Of a DNA stretch of 64,000 nucleotides, positions 40,201 to 55,300 are shown piece after piece. The notes under the pieces were generated by a model. It was not told the DNA's origin. It did not search any database and was given only the letters and a program-made list of their open reading frames with translations. Within the stretch, counting starts at the first letter, position 1; each line of letters begins with the position of its first letter. The stretch is from Auanema rhodensis (Eukaryota > Animalia > Nematoda): contig OZ059896.1 of NCBI GenBank assembly GCA_964057225.1, positions 5,518,001 through 5,582,000 on the forward strand, written 5' to 3'. The position numbers and the translations under genes were made by a program.

Positions 40201-43200
40201 GGACATTGTTATTCAACAAAAAAATTAATTCTTCAGGGTGAAAATCGAGGATATAAGTGTGAACTTATATCAGTTGATATCTCGGTGCATTTTTAAGCTA
40301 GCGCAAATCTGATAACACAGATCGACGCAGCTTGAAAATCCACATCGAATGCACTATACTACATTGAGAAACACTCAATACAAAAATTAGTTATGATCGT
40401 TCGAAAAATGATGCATTAGTGTATGTTGAGTTTCCATGTACACTCAACATTGCTTCCAAAAACATTTTGACAAAAATTTTTTCGAAAAATTTCAAAATAA
40501 TTTCACAAAAAGTAGATGTTTTTAGATTCCTTTTTTCAAGACAAAGACGATGGACATTGTTATTCAACAAAAAAATTAATTCTTCACGGTGAAAATCGAG
40601 GATATAAGTGTGAACCTATATCAGTTGATATCTCGGTGCATTTTCAAGCTAGCGCAAATCTGATAACACAGATCGACGCAGCTTAAAAATCCGCATCGAA
40701 TGCATAATATTACATTGAGAAAAGCTAAATACAAAAATTAGTTATGATCGTTTGAAAAATGGTGCATTAGTGTATGTTGAGTTTCCATGTACACTCAAAA
40801 TTGCTTCCAAAAACATTTTGACAAAAATGTTTTCGAAAAATTTCAAAATAATTTAGCAAAAAGTAGATGTTTTTAGATTCCTTTTTTCAAGGCAAAAACG
40901 ATGGACAATGTTATTCAACGAAAAAATTAATTCTTCAGGGTGAAAATCGAGGATATAAGTGTGAACTTATATCAGTTGATATCTCGGTGCATTTTTAAGC
41001 TAGCGCAAATCTGATAACACAGATCGACGCAGCTTAAAAATCCGCATCGAATGCACTATATTACATTGAGAAAAGCTAAATACAAAAATTAGTTATGATC
41101 GTTTGAAAAATGATGCATTAGTGTATGTTGAGTTTCCATGTACACTCAAAATTGCTTCCAAAAACATTTTGACAAAAATTTTTTCGAAAAATTTGAAAAT
41201 AATTTAGCAAAAAGTAGATGTTTTTAGATTCCTTTTTTCAAGGCAAAAACGATAGACAATGTTATTCAACGAAAAAATTAATTCTTCAGGGTGAAAAGCG
41301 AGGATATAGTTGTGAACTTATATCAGTTGATATCTCGGTGCATTTTCAAGCTAGCGCAAATCTGATAGTACAGATCGACGCAGCTTAAAAATCCGCATCG
41401 AATGCACTATACTACATTGAGAAACGCTTAATACAAAAATTAGTTATGATCGTTTGAAAAATGATGCATTAGTGTATGTTGAGTTTCCATGTACACTCAA
41501 CATTGCTTCCAAAAACATTTTGACAAAAATTTTTTCGAAAAATTTGAAAATTATTTAGCAAAAAGTAGATGTTTTTAGATTCCTTTTTTCAAGGCAAAAA
41601 CGATGGACAATGTTATTCAACGAAAAAATTAATTCTTCAGGGTGAAAATCGAGGATATAAGTGTGAACTTATATCAGTTGATATCTCGGTGCATTTTCAA
41701 GCTAGCGCAAATCTGATAACACAGATCGACGCAGCTTAAAAATCCGCATCGAATGCACTATACTACATTGAGAAAAGCTAAATACAAAAATTAGTTATGA
41801 TCGTTTGAAAAATGATGCATTAGTGTATGTTGAGTTTCCATGTACACTCAAAATTGCTTCCAAAAACATTTTGACAAAAATTTTTTCGAAAAATTTGAGA
41901 ATAATTTAGCAAAAAGTAGATGTTTTTAGATTCCTTTTTTCAAGGCAAAAACGATGGACAATGTTATTCAACGAAAAAATTAATTCTTCAGGGTGAAAAT
42001 CGAGGATATAAGTGTGAACTTATATCAGTTGATATCTCGGTGCATTTTTAAGCTAGCGCAAATCTGATAACACAGATCGACGCAGCTTAAAAATCCGCAT
42101 CGAATGCACTATACTACATTGAGAAACGCTTAATACAAAAATTAGTTATGATCGTTTGAAAAATGATGCATTAGTGTATGTTGAGTTTCCATGTACACTC
42201 AAAATTGCTTCCAAAAACATTTTGACAAAAATGTTTTCGAAAAATTTCAAAATAATTTAGCAAAAAGTAGATGTTTTTAGATTCCTTTTTTCAAGGCAAA
42301 AACGATGGACAATGTTATTCAACGAAAAAATTAATTCTTCAGGGTGAAAATCGAGGATATAAGTGTGAACTTATATCAGTTGATATCTCGGTGCATTTTT
42401 AAGCTAGCGCAAATCTGATAACACAGATCTACGCAGCTTAAAAATCCGCATCGAATGCACTAAACTTCATTGAGAAAAGCTTAATACAAAAATTAGTTAT
42501 GATCGTTTGAAAAATGATGCATTAGTGTATGTTGAGTTTCCATGTACACACAAAATTGCTTCCAAAAACATTTTGACAAAAATTTTTTCGAAAAATTTCA
42601 AAATAATTTAGCAAAAAGTAGATGTTTTTAGATTCCTTTTTTCAAGGCAAAAACGATGGACAATGTTATTCAACGAAAAAATTAATTCTTCAGGGTGAAA
42701 ATCGAGGATATAAGTGTGAACTTATATCAGTTGATATCTCGGTGCATTTTTAAGCTAGCGCAAATCTGATAACACAGATCGACGCAGCTTAAAAATCCGC
42801 ATCGAATGCACTATACTACATTGAGAAAAGCTAAATACAAAAATTAGTTATGATCGTTTGAAAAATGATGCATTAGTGTATGTTGAGTTTCCATGTACAC
42901 TCAAAATTGCTTCCAAAAACATTTTGACAAAAATTTTTTTCGAAAAATTTGAGAATAATTTAGCAAAAAGTAGATGTTTTTAGATTTCTTTTTTCAAGGC
43001 AAAAACGATGGACAATGTTATTCAACGAAAAAATTAATTCTTCAGGGTGAAAATCGAGGATATAAGTGTGAACTTATATCAGTTGATATCTCGGTGCATT
43101 TTTAAGCTAGCGCAAATCTGATAACACAGATCGACGCAGCTTAAAAATCCGCATCGAATGCACTATACTACATTGAGAAAAGCTGAATACAAAAATTAGT

Positions 43201-43300
43201 TAGGATCGTTTGAAAAATGATGCATTAGTGTATGTTGAGTTTCCATGTACACTCAAAATTGCTTCCAAAAACATTTTGACAAAAATTTTTTTCGAAAAAT
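35850..43300. repeat. Imperfect tandem duplication of a 9-11 monomer block
   Basis: ttttcgagac, gcataatatt and aatggtgc recur at offset 3511. The T7 insertion and gttaggatc (39341/43203) recur at offset 3862. Confidence 0.85.
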
Positions 43301-46300
43301 TTGAGAATAATTTAGCAAAAAGTAGATGTTTTTAGATTTCTTTTTTCAAGGCAAAAACGATAGACAATGTTATTCAACGAAAAAATTAATTCTTCAGGGT
43401 GAAAATCGAGGATATAGGTGTGAACTTATATCAGTTGATATCTCGGTGCATTTTCAAGCTAGCGCAAATCTGATAGTACAGATCGACGCAGCTTAAAAAT
43501 CCGCATCGAATGCACTATACTACATTGAGAAACGCTTAATACAAAAATTAGTTATGATCGTTTGAAAAATGATGCATTAGTGTATGTTGAGTTTCCATGT
43601 ACACTCAAAATTGCTTCCAAAAACATTTTGACAAAAATTTTTTCGAAAAATTTCAAAATAATTTAGCAAAAAGTAGATGTTTTTAGATTCCTTTTTTCAA
43701 GGCAAAAACGATGGACAATGTTATTCAACGAAAAAATTAATTCTTCAGGGTGAAAATCGAGGATATAAGTGTGAACTTATATCAGTTGATATCTCGGTGC
43801 ATTTTTAAGCTGGCGCAAATCTGATAACACAGATCGACGCAGCTTAAAAATCCGCATCGAATGCACTATATTACATTGAGAAAAGCTAAATACAAAAATT
43901 AGTTATGATCGTTTGAAAAATGATGCATTAGTGTATGTTGAGTTTCCATGTACACTCAAAATTGCTTCCAAAAACATTTTGACAAAAATTTTTTCGAAAA
44001 ATTTCAAAATAATTTAGCAAAAAGTAGATGTTTTTAGATTCCTTTTTTCAAGGCAAAAACGATGGACAATGTTATTCAACGAAAAAATTAATTCTTCAGG
44101 GTGAAAATCGAGGATATAAGTGTGAACTTATATCAGTTGATATCTCGGTGCATTTTTAAGCTAGCGCAAATCTGATAACACAGATCGACGCAGCTTAAAA
44201 ATCCGCATCGAATGCACTATACTACATTGAGAAACGCTTAATACAAAAATTAGTTATGATCGTTTGAAATATGATGCATTAGTGTATGTTGAGTTTCCAT
44301 GTACACTCAAAATTGCTTCCAAAAACATTTTGACAAAAATTTTTTCGAAAAATTTCAAAATAATTTAGCAAAAAGTAGATGTTTTTAGATTCCTTTTTTC
44401 AAGGCAAAAACGATGGACAATGTTATTCAACGAAAAAATTAATTCTTCAGGGTGAAAATCGAGGATATAAGTGTGAACTTATATCAGTTGATATCTCGGT
44501 GCATTTTTAAGCTGGCGCAAATCTGATAACACAGATCGACGCAGCTTAAAAATCCGCATCGAATGCACTATATTACATTGAGAAAAGCTAAATACAAAAA
44601 TTAGTTATGATCGTTTGAAAAATGATGCATTAGTGTATGTTGAGTTTCCATGTACACTCAAAATTGCTTCCAAAAACATTTTGACAAAAATTTTTTCGAA
44701 AAATTTCAAAATAATTTAGCAAAAAGTAGATGTTTTTAGATTCCTTTTTTCAAGGCAAAAACGATGGACAATGTTATTCAACGAAAAAATTAATTCTTCA
44801 GGGTGAAAATCGAGGATATAAGTGTGAACTTATATCAGTTGATATCTCGGTGCATTTTTAAGCTAGCGCAAATCTGATAACACAGATCGACGCAGCTTAA
44901 AAATCCGCATCGAATGCACTATACTACATTGAGAAAAGCTAAATACAAAAATTAGTTATGATCGTTTGAAAAATGATGCATTAGTGTATGTTGAGTTTCC
45001 ATGTACACTCAAAATTGCTTCCAAAAACATTTTGACAAAAATTTTTTCGAAAAATTTGAGAATAATTTAGCAAAAAGTAGATGTTTTTAGATTCCTTTTT
45101 TCAAGGCAAAAACGATAGACAATGTTATTCAACGAAAAAATTAATTCTTCAGGGTGAAAATCGAGGATATAGGTGTGAACTTATATCAGTTGATATCTCG
45201 GTGCATTTTCAAGCTAGCGCAAATCTGATAGTACAGATCGACGCAGCTTAAAAATCCGCATCGAATGCACTATACTACATTGAGAAACGCTTAATACAAA
45301 AATTAGTTATGATCGTTTGAAAAATGATGCATTAGTGTATGTTGAGTTTCCATGTACACTCAAAATTGCTTCCAAAAACATTTTGACAAAAATTTTTTCG
45401 AAAAATTTCAAAATAATTTAGCAAAAAGTAGATGTTTTTAGATTCCTTTTTTCAAGGCAAAAACGATGGACAATGTTATTCAACGAAAAAATTATTTCTT
45501 CAGGGTGAAAATCGAGGATATAAGTGTGAACTTATATCAGTTGATATCTCGGTGCATTTTTAAGCTAGCGCAAATCTGATAACACAGATCGACGCAGCAT
45601 AAAAATCCGCATCGAATGCACTATACTACATTGAAAAAAGCTGAATACAAAAATTAGTTATGATCGTTTGAAAAATGATGCATTAGTGTATGTTGAGTTT
45701 CCATGTACACTCAAAATTGCTTCCAAAAACATTTTGACAAAAATTTTTTCGAAAAATTTCATAATAATTTAGCAAAAAGTAGATGTTTTTAGATTCCTTT
45801 TTTCAAGGCAAAAACGATGGACAATGTTATTCAACGAAAAAATTAATTCTTCAGGGTGAAAATCGAGGATATAAGTGTGAACTTATATCAGTTGATATCT
45901 CGGTGCATTTTTAAGCTAGCGCAAATCTGATAACACAGATCGACGCAGCTTAAAAATCCGCATCGAATGCACTATACTACATTGAGAAACGCTTAATACA
46001 AAAATTAGTTATGATCGTTTGAAAAATGATGCATTAGTGTATGTTGAGTTTCCATGTACACTCAAAATTGCTTCCAAAAACATTTTGACAAAAATTTTTT
46101 CGAAAAATTTGAGAATAATTTAGCAAAAAGTAGATGTTTTTAGATTCCTTTTTTCAAGGCAAAAACGATGGACAATGTTATTCAACGAAAAAATTAATTC
46201 TTCAGGGTGAAAATCGAGGATATAAGTGTGAACTTATATCAGTTGATATCTCGGTGCATTTTTAAGCTAGCGCAAATCTGATAACACAGATCGACGCAGC

Positions 46301-49300
46301 TTAAAAATCCGCATCGAATGCACTATACTACATTGAGAAACGCTTAATACAAAAATTAGTTATGATCGTTTGAAAAATGATGCATTAGTGTATGTTGAGT
46401 TTCCATGTACACTCAAAATTGCTTCCAAAAACATTTTGACAAAAATTTTTTCGAAAAATTTCAAAATAATTTAGCAAAAAGTAGATGTTTTTAGATTCCT
46501 TTTTTCAAGGCAAAAACGATGGACAATGTTATTCAACGAAAAAATTATTTCTTCAGGGTGAAAATCGAGGATATAAGTGTGAACTTATATCAGTTGATAT
46601 CTCGGTGCATTTTTAAGCTAGCGCAAATCTGATAACACAGATCGACGCAGCATAAAAATCCGCATCGAATGCACTATACTACATTGAAAAAAGCTGAATA
46701 CAAAAATTAGTTATGATCGTTTGAAAAATGATGCATTAGTGTATGTTGAGTTTCCATGTACACTCAAAATTGCTTCCAAAAACATTTTGACAAAAATTTT
46801 TTCGAAAAATTTCAAAATAATTTAGCAAAAAGTAGATGTTTTTAAATTCCTTTTTTCAAGGCAAAAACGATGGACAATGTTATTCAACGAAAAAATTAAT
46901 TCTTCAGGGTGAAAATCGAGGATATAAGTGTGAACTTATATCAGTTGATATCTCGGTGCATTTTTAAGCTAGCGCAAATCTGATAACACAGATCGACGCA
47001 GCTTAAAAATCCGCATCGAATGCACTATACTACATTGAGAAAAGCTAAATACAAAAATTAGTTATGATCGTTTGAAAAATGATGCATTAGTGTATGTTGA
47101 GTTTCCATGTACACTCAAAATTGCTTCCAAAAACATTTTGACAAAAATTTTTTCGAAAAATTTGAGAATAATTTAGCAAAAAGTAGATGTTTTTAGATTC
47201 CTTTTTTCAAGGCAAAAACGATGGACAATGTTATTCAACGAAAAAATTAATTCTTCAGGGTGAAAATCGAGGATATAAGTGTGAACTTATATCAGTTGAT
47301 ATCTCGGTGCATTTTTAAGCTAGCGCAAATCTGATAACACAGATCGACGCAGCTTAAAAATCCGCATCGAATGCACTATATAACATTGAGAAAAGCTAAA
47401 TACAAAAATTAGTTATGATCGTTTGAAAAATGATGCATTAGTGTATGTTGAGTTTCCATGTACACTCAAAATTGCTTCCAAAAACATTTTGACAAAAATT
47501 TTTTCGAAAAATTTCAAAATAATTTAGCAAAAAGTAGATGTTTTTAGATTCCTTTTTTCAAGGCAAAAACGATAGACAATGTTATTCAACGAAAAAATTA
47601 ATTCTTCAGGGTGAAAATCGAGGATATAAGTGTGAACTTATATCAGTTGATATCTCGGTGCATTTTCAAGCTAGCGCAAATCTGATAGTACAGATCGACG
47701 CAGCTTAAAAATCCGCATCGAATGCACTATACTACATTGAGAAACGCTTAATACAAAAATTAGTTATGATCGTTTGAAAAATGATGCATTAGTGTATGTT
47801 GAGTTTCCATGTACACTCAAAATTGCTTCCAAAAACATTTTGACAAAAATTTTTTCGAAAAATTTCAAAATAATTTAGCAAAAAGTAGATGTTTTTAGAT
47901 TCCTTTTTTCAAGGCAAAAACGATGGACAATGTTATTCAACGAAAAAATTATTTCTTCAGGGTGAAAATCGAGGATATAAGTGTGAACTTATATCAGTTG
48001 ATATCTCGGTGCATTTTTAAGCTAGCGCAAATCTGATAACACAGATCGACGCAGCATAAAAATCCGCATCGAATGCACTATACTACATTGAGAAAAGCTG
48101 AATACAAAAATTAGTTATGATCGTTTGAAAAATGATGCATTAGTGTATGTTGAGTTTCCATGTACACTCAAAATTGCTTCCAAAAACATTTTGACAAAAA
48201 TTTTTTCGAAAAATTTCAAAATAATTTAGCAAAAAGTAGATGTTTTTAGATTTCTTTTTTCAAGGCAAAAACGATGGACAATGTTATTCAACGAAAAAAT
48301 TATTTCTTCAGGGTGAAAATCGAGGATATAAGTGTGAATTTATATCAGTTGATATCTCGGTGCATTTTTAAGCTAGCGCAAATCTGATAACACAGATCGA
48401 CGCAGCATAAAAATCCGCATCGAATGCACTATACTACATTGAGAAAAGCTAAATACAAAAATTAGTTATGATCGTTTGAAAAATGATGCATTAGTGTATG
48501 TTGAGTTTCCATGTACACTCAACATTGCTTCCAAAAACATTTTGACCAAAATTTTTTCGAAAAATTTCAAAATAATTTAGCAAAAAGTAGATGTTTTCAG
48601 ATTCCTTTTTTCAAGGCAAAAACGATAGACAATGTTATTCAACGAAAAAATTAATTCTTCAGGGTGAAAATCGAGGATATAAGTGTGAACTTATATCAGT
48701 TGATATCTCGGTGCATTTTCAAGCTAGCGCAAATCTGATAGTACAGATCGACGCAGCTTAAAAATCCGCATCGAATGCACTATACTACATTGAGAAACGC
48801 TTAATACAAAAATTAGTTATGATCGTTTGAAAAATGATGCATTAGTGTATGTTGAGTTTCCATGTACACTCAAAATTGCTTCCAAAAACATTTTGACAAA
48901 AATTTTTTCGAAAAATTTCAAAATAATTTAGCAAAAAGTAGATGTTTTTAGATTCCTTTTTTCAAGGCAAAAACGATGGACAATGTTATTCAACGAAAAA
49001 ATTATTTCTTCAGGGTGAAAATCGAGGATATAAGTGTGAACATATATCAGTTGATATCTCGGTGCATTTTTAAGCTAGCGCAAATCTGATAACACAGATC
49101 GACGCAGCATAAAAATCCGCATCGAATGCACTATACTACATTGAGAAAAGCTGAATACAAAAATTAGTTGATCGTTTGAAAAATGATGCATTAGTGTATG
49201 TTGAGTTTCCATGTACACTCAAAATTGCTTCCAAAAACATTTTGACAAAAATTTTTTCGAAAAATTTCAAAATAATTTAGCAAAAAGTAGATGTTTTTAG

Positions 49301-52300
49301 ATTCCTTTTTTCAAGGCAAAAACGATGGACAATGTTATTCAATGAAAAAATTATTTCTTCAGGGTGAAAATCGAGGATATAAGTGTGAACTTATATCAGT
49401 TGATATCTCGGTGCATTTTTAAGCTAGCGCAAATCTGATAACACAGATCGACGCAGCATAAAAATCCGCATCGAATGCACTAAACTTCATTGAGAAACGC
49501 TTAATACAAAAATTAGTTATGATCGTTTGAAAAATGATGCATTAGTGTATGTTGAGTTTCCATGTACACTCAAAATTGCTTCCAAAAACATTTTGACAAA
49601 AATTTTTTCGAAAAATTTGAAAATAATTTAGCAAAAAGTAGATGTTTTTAGATTCCTTTTTTCAAGGCAAAAACGATAGACAATGTTATTCAACGAAAAA
49701 ATTAATTCTTCAGGGTGAAAATCGAGGATATAAGTGTGAACTTATATCAGTTGATATCTCGGTGCATTTTTAAGCTAGCGCAAATCTGATAACACAGATC
49801 TACGCAGCTTAAAAATCCGCATCGAATGCACTAAACTTCATTGAGAAAAGCTTAATACAAAAATTAGTTATGATCGTTTGAAAAATGATGCATTAGTGTA
49901 TGTTGAGTTTCCATGTACACTCAAAATTGCTTCCAAAAACATTTTGACAAAAATTTTTTCGAAAAATTTCAAAATAATTTAGCAAAAAGTAGATGTTTTT
50001 AGATTCCTTTTTTCAAGGCAAAAACGATAGACAATGTTATTCAACGAAAAAATTAATTCTTCAGGGTGAAAATCGAGGATATAGGTGTGAACTTATATCA
50101 GTTGATATCTCGGTGCATTTTTAAGCTAGCGCAAATCTGATAACACAGATCGACGCAGCATAAAAATCCGCATCGAATGCACTATACTACATTGAGAAAC
50201 GCTTAATACAAAAATTAGTTATGATCGTTTGAAAAATGATGCATTAGTGTATGTTGAGTTTCCATGTACACTCAAAATTGCTTCCAAAAACATTTTGACA
50301 AAAATTTTTTCGAAAAATTTGAGAATAATTTAGCAAAAAGTAGATGTTTTTAGATTCCTTTTTTCAAGGCAAAAACGATAGACAATGTTATTCAACGAAA
50401 AAATTAATTCTTCAGGGTGAAAATCGAGGATATAAGTGTGAACTTATATCAGTTGATATCTCGGTGCATTTTTAAGCTAGCGCAAATCTGATAACACAGA
50501 TCTACGCAGCTTAAAAATCCGCATCGAATGCACTAAACTTCATTGAGAAAAGCTTAATACAAAAATTAGTTATGATCGTTTGAAAAATGATGCATTAGTG
50601 TATGTTGAGTTTCCATGTACACTCAAAATTGCTTCCAAAAACATTTTGACAAAAATTTTTTCGAAAAATTTCAGAATAATTTAGCAAAAAGTAGATGTTT
50701 TTAGATTCCTTTTTTCAAGGCAAAAACGATAGACAATGTTATTCAACGAAAAAATTAATTCTTCAGGGTGAAAATCGAGGATATAGGTGTGAACTTATAT
50801 CAGTTGATATCTCGGTGCATTTTTAAGCTAGCGCAAATCTGATAACACAGATCGACGCAGCATAAAAATCCGCATCGAATGCACTATACTACATTGAGAA
50901 ACGCTTAATACAAAAATTAGTTATGATCGTTTGAAAAATGATGCATTAGTGTATGTTGAGTTTCCATGTACACTCAAAATTGCTTCCAAAAACATTTTGA
51001 CAAAAATTTTTTCGAAAAATTTCAAAATAATTTAGCAAAAAGTAGATGTTTTTAGATTCCTTTTTTCAAGGCAAAAACGATGGACAATGTTATTCAACGA
51101 AAAAATTATTTCTTCAGGGTGAAAATCGAGGATATAAGTGTGAACTTATATCAGTTGATATCTCGGTGCATTTTTAAGCTAGCGCAAATCTGATAACACA
51201 GATCGACGCAGCATAAAAATCCGCATCGAATGCACTATACTACATTGAGAAACGCTTAATACAAAAATTAGTTATGATCGTTTGAAAAATGATGCATTAG
51301 TGTATGTTGAGTTTCCATGTACACTCAAAATTGCTTCCAAAAACATTTTGACAAAAATTTTTTCGAAAAATTTGAAAATAATTTAGCAAAAAGTAGATGT
51401 TTTTAGATTCCTTTTTTCAAGGCAAAAACGATAGACAATGTTATTCAACGAAAAAATTAATTCTTCAGGGTGAAAATCGAGGATATAAGTGTGAACTTAT
51501 ATCAGTTGATATCTCGGTGCATTTTTAAGCTAGCGCAAATCTGATAACACAGATCTACGCAGCTTAAAAATCCGCATCGAATGCACTAAACTTCATTGAG
51601 AAAAGCTTAATACAAAAATTAGTTATGATCGTTTGAAAAATGATGCATTAGTGTATGTTGAGTTTCCATGTACACTCAAAATTGCTTCCAAAAACATTTT
51701 GACAAAAATTTTTTCGAAAAATTTCAAAATAATTTAGCAAAAAGTAGATGTTTTTAGATTCCTTTTTTCAAGGCAAAAACGATAGACAATGTTATTCAAC
51801 GAAAAAATTAATTCTTCAGGGTGAAAATCGAGGATATAGGTGTGAACTTATATCAGTTGATATCTCGGTGCATTTTTAAGCTAGCGCAAATCTGATAACA
51901 CAGATCGACGCAGCATAAAAATCCGCATCGAATGCACTATACTACATTGAGAAACGCTTAATACAAAAATTAGTTATGATCGTTTGAAAAATGATGCATT
52001 AGTGTATGTTGAGTTTCCATGTACACTCAAAATTGCTTCCAAAAACATTTTGACAAAAATTTTTTCGAAAAATTTGAGAATAATTTAGCAAAAAGTAGAT
52101 GTTTTTAGATTCCTTTTTTCAAGGCAAAAACGATAGACAATGTTATTCAACGAAAAAATTAATTCTTCAGGGTGAAAATCGAGGATATAAGTGTGAACTT
52201 ATATCAGTTGATATCTCGGTGCATTTTTAAGCTAGCGCAAATCTGATAACACAGATCTACGCAGCTTAAAAATCCGCATCGAATGCACTAAACTTCATTG

Positions 52301-55300
52301 AGAAAAGCTTAATACAAAAATTAGTTATGATCGTTTGAAAAATGATGCATTAGTGTATGTTGAGTTTCCATGTACACTCAAAATTGCTTCCAAAAACATT
52401 TTGACAAAAATTTTTTCGAAAAATTTCAGAATAATTTAGCAAAAAGTAGATGTTTTTAGATTCCTTTTTTCAAGGCAAAAACGATAGACAATGTTATTCA
52501 ACGAAAAAATTAATTCTTCAGGGTGAAAATCGAGGATATAGGTGTGAACTTATATCAGTTGATATCTCGGTGCATTTTTAAGCTAGCGCAAATCTGATAA
52601 CACAGATCGACGCAGCATAAAAATCCGCATCGAATGCACTATACTACATTGAGAAACGCTTAATACAAAAATTAGTTATGATCGTTTGAAAAATGATGCA
52701 TTAGTGTATGTTGAGTTTCCATGTACACTCAAAATTGCTTCCAAAAACATTTTGACAAAAATTTTTTCGAAAAATTTCAAAATAATTTAGCAAAAAGTAG
52801 ATGTTTTTAGATTCCTTTTTTCAAGGCAAAAACGATGGACAATGTTATTCAACGAAAAAATTAATTCTTCAGGGTGAAAATCGAGGATATAAGTGTGAAC
52901 TTATATCAGTTGATATCTCGGTGCATTTTTAAGCTAGCGCAAATCTGATAACACAGATCGACGCAGCTTAAAAATCCGCATCGAATGCACTATACTACAT
53001 TGAGAAAAGCTAAATACAAAAATTAGTTATGATCGTTTGAAAAATGATGCATTAGTGTATGTTGAGTTTCCATGTACACTCAAAATTGCTTCCAAAAACA
53101 TTTTGACAAAAATTTTTTCGAAAAATTTGAGAATAATTTAGCAAAAAGTAGATGTTTTTAGATTCCTTTTTTCAAGGCAAAAACGATGGACAATGTTATT
53201 CAACGAAAAAATTAATTCTTCAGGGTGAAAATCGAGGATATAAGTGTGAACTTATATCAGTTGATATCTCGGTGCATTTTTAAGCTAGCGCAAATCTGAT
53301 AACACAGATCGACGCAGCTTAAAAATCCGCATCGAATGCACTATACTACATTGAGAAACGCTTAATACAAAAATTAGTTATGATCGTTTGAAAAATGATG
53401 CATTAGTGTATGTTGAGTTTCCATGTACACTCAAAATTGCTTCCAAAAACATTTTGACAAAAATTTTTTCGAAAAACTTCAAAATAATTTAGCAAAAAGT
53501 AGATGTTTTTAGATTCCTTTTTTCAAGGCAAAAACGATGGACAATGTTATTCAACGAAAAAATTATTTCTTCAGGGTGAAAATCGAGGATATAAGTGTGA
53601 ACTTATATCAGTTGATATCTCGGTGCATTTTTAAGCTAGCGCAAATCTGATAACACAGATCGACGCAGCATAAAAATCCGCATCGAATGCACTATACTAC
53701 ATTGAAAAAAGCTGAATACAAAAATTAGTTATGATCGTTTGAAAAATGATGCATTAGTGTATGTTGAGTTTCCATGTACACTCAAAATTGCTTCCAAAAA
53801 CATTTTGACAAAAATTTTTTCGAAAAATTTCAAAATAATTTAGCAAAAAGTAGATGTTTTTAAATTCCTTTTTTCAAGGCAAAAACGATGGACAATGTTA
53901 TTCAACGAAAAAATTAATTCTTCAGGGTGAAAATCGAGGATATAAGTGTGAACTTATATCAGTTGATATCTCGGTGCATTTTTAAGCTAGCGCAAATCTG
54001 ATAACACAGATCGACGCAGCTTAAAAATCCGCATCGAATGCACTATATAACATTGAGAAAAGCTAAATACAAAAATTAGTTATGATCGTTTGAAAAATGA
54101 TGCATTAGTGTATGTTGAGTTTCCATGTACACTCAAAATTGCTTCCAAAAACATTTTGACAAAAATTTTTTCGAAAAATTTCAAAATAATTTAGCAAAAA
54201 GTAGATGTTTTTAGATTCCTTTTTTCAAGGCAAAAACGATAGACAATGTTATTCAACGAAAAAATTAATTCTTCAGGGTGAAAATCGAGGATATAAGTGT
54301 GAACTTATATCAGTTGATATCTCGGTGCATTTTCAAGCTAGCGCAAATCTGATAGTACAGATCGACGCAGCTTAAAAATCCGCATCGAATGCACTATACT
54401 ACATTGAGAAAAGCTGAATACAAAAATTAGTTATGATCGTTTGAAAAATGATGCATTAGTGTATGTTGAGTTTCCATGTACACTCAAAATTGCTTCCAAA
54501 AACATTTTGACAAAAATTTTTTCGAAAAATTTCAAAATAATTTAGCAAAAAGTAGATGTTTTTAGATTCCTTTTTTCAAGGCAAAAACGATAGACAATGT
54601 TATTCAACGAAAAAATTAATTCTTCAGGGTGAAAATCGAGGATATAAGTGTGAACTTATATCAGTTGATATCTCGGTGCATTTTTAAGCTAGCGCAAATC
54701 TGATAACACAGATCGACGCAGCATAAAAATCCGCATCGAATGCACTATACTACATTGAAAAAAGCTGAATACAAAAATTAGTTATGATCGTTTGAAAAAT
54801 GATGCATTAGTGTATGTTGAGTTTCCATGTACACTCAAAATTGCTTCCAAAAACATTTTGACAAAAATTTTTTCGAAAAATTTCAAAATAATTTAGCAAA
54901 AAGTAGATGTTTTTAAATTCCTTTTTTCAAGGCAAAAACGATGGACAATGTTATTCAACGAAAAAATTAATTCTTCAGGGTGAAAATCGAGGATATAAGT
55001 GTGAACTTATATCAGTTGATATCTCGGTGCATTTTTAAGCTAGCGCAAATCTGATAACACAGATCGACGCAGCTTAAAAATCCGCATCGAATGCACTATA
55101 TAACATTGAGAAAAGCTAAATACAAAAATTAGTTATGATCGTTTGAAAAATGATGCATTAGTGTATGTTGAGTTTCCATGTACACTCAAAATTGCTTCCA
55201 AAAACATTTTGACAAAAATTTTTTCGAAAAATTTCAAAATAATTTAGCAAAAAGTAGATGTTTTTAGATTCCTTTTTTCAAGGCAAAAACGATAGACAAT

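Noticed and set aside
215-40241. Repeated 63-aa ORF MKNDALVYVEFPCT... as a multicopy gene family
   Set aside because: It starts at TTG and its K/F/I/N-rich composition reflects A/T tracts. I recognise no domain. Variants are mostly amino-acid changing, and most monomers have in-frame stops (TAG in B) or lose the start. Ribosome profiling or proteomics would be needed to revive it.
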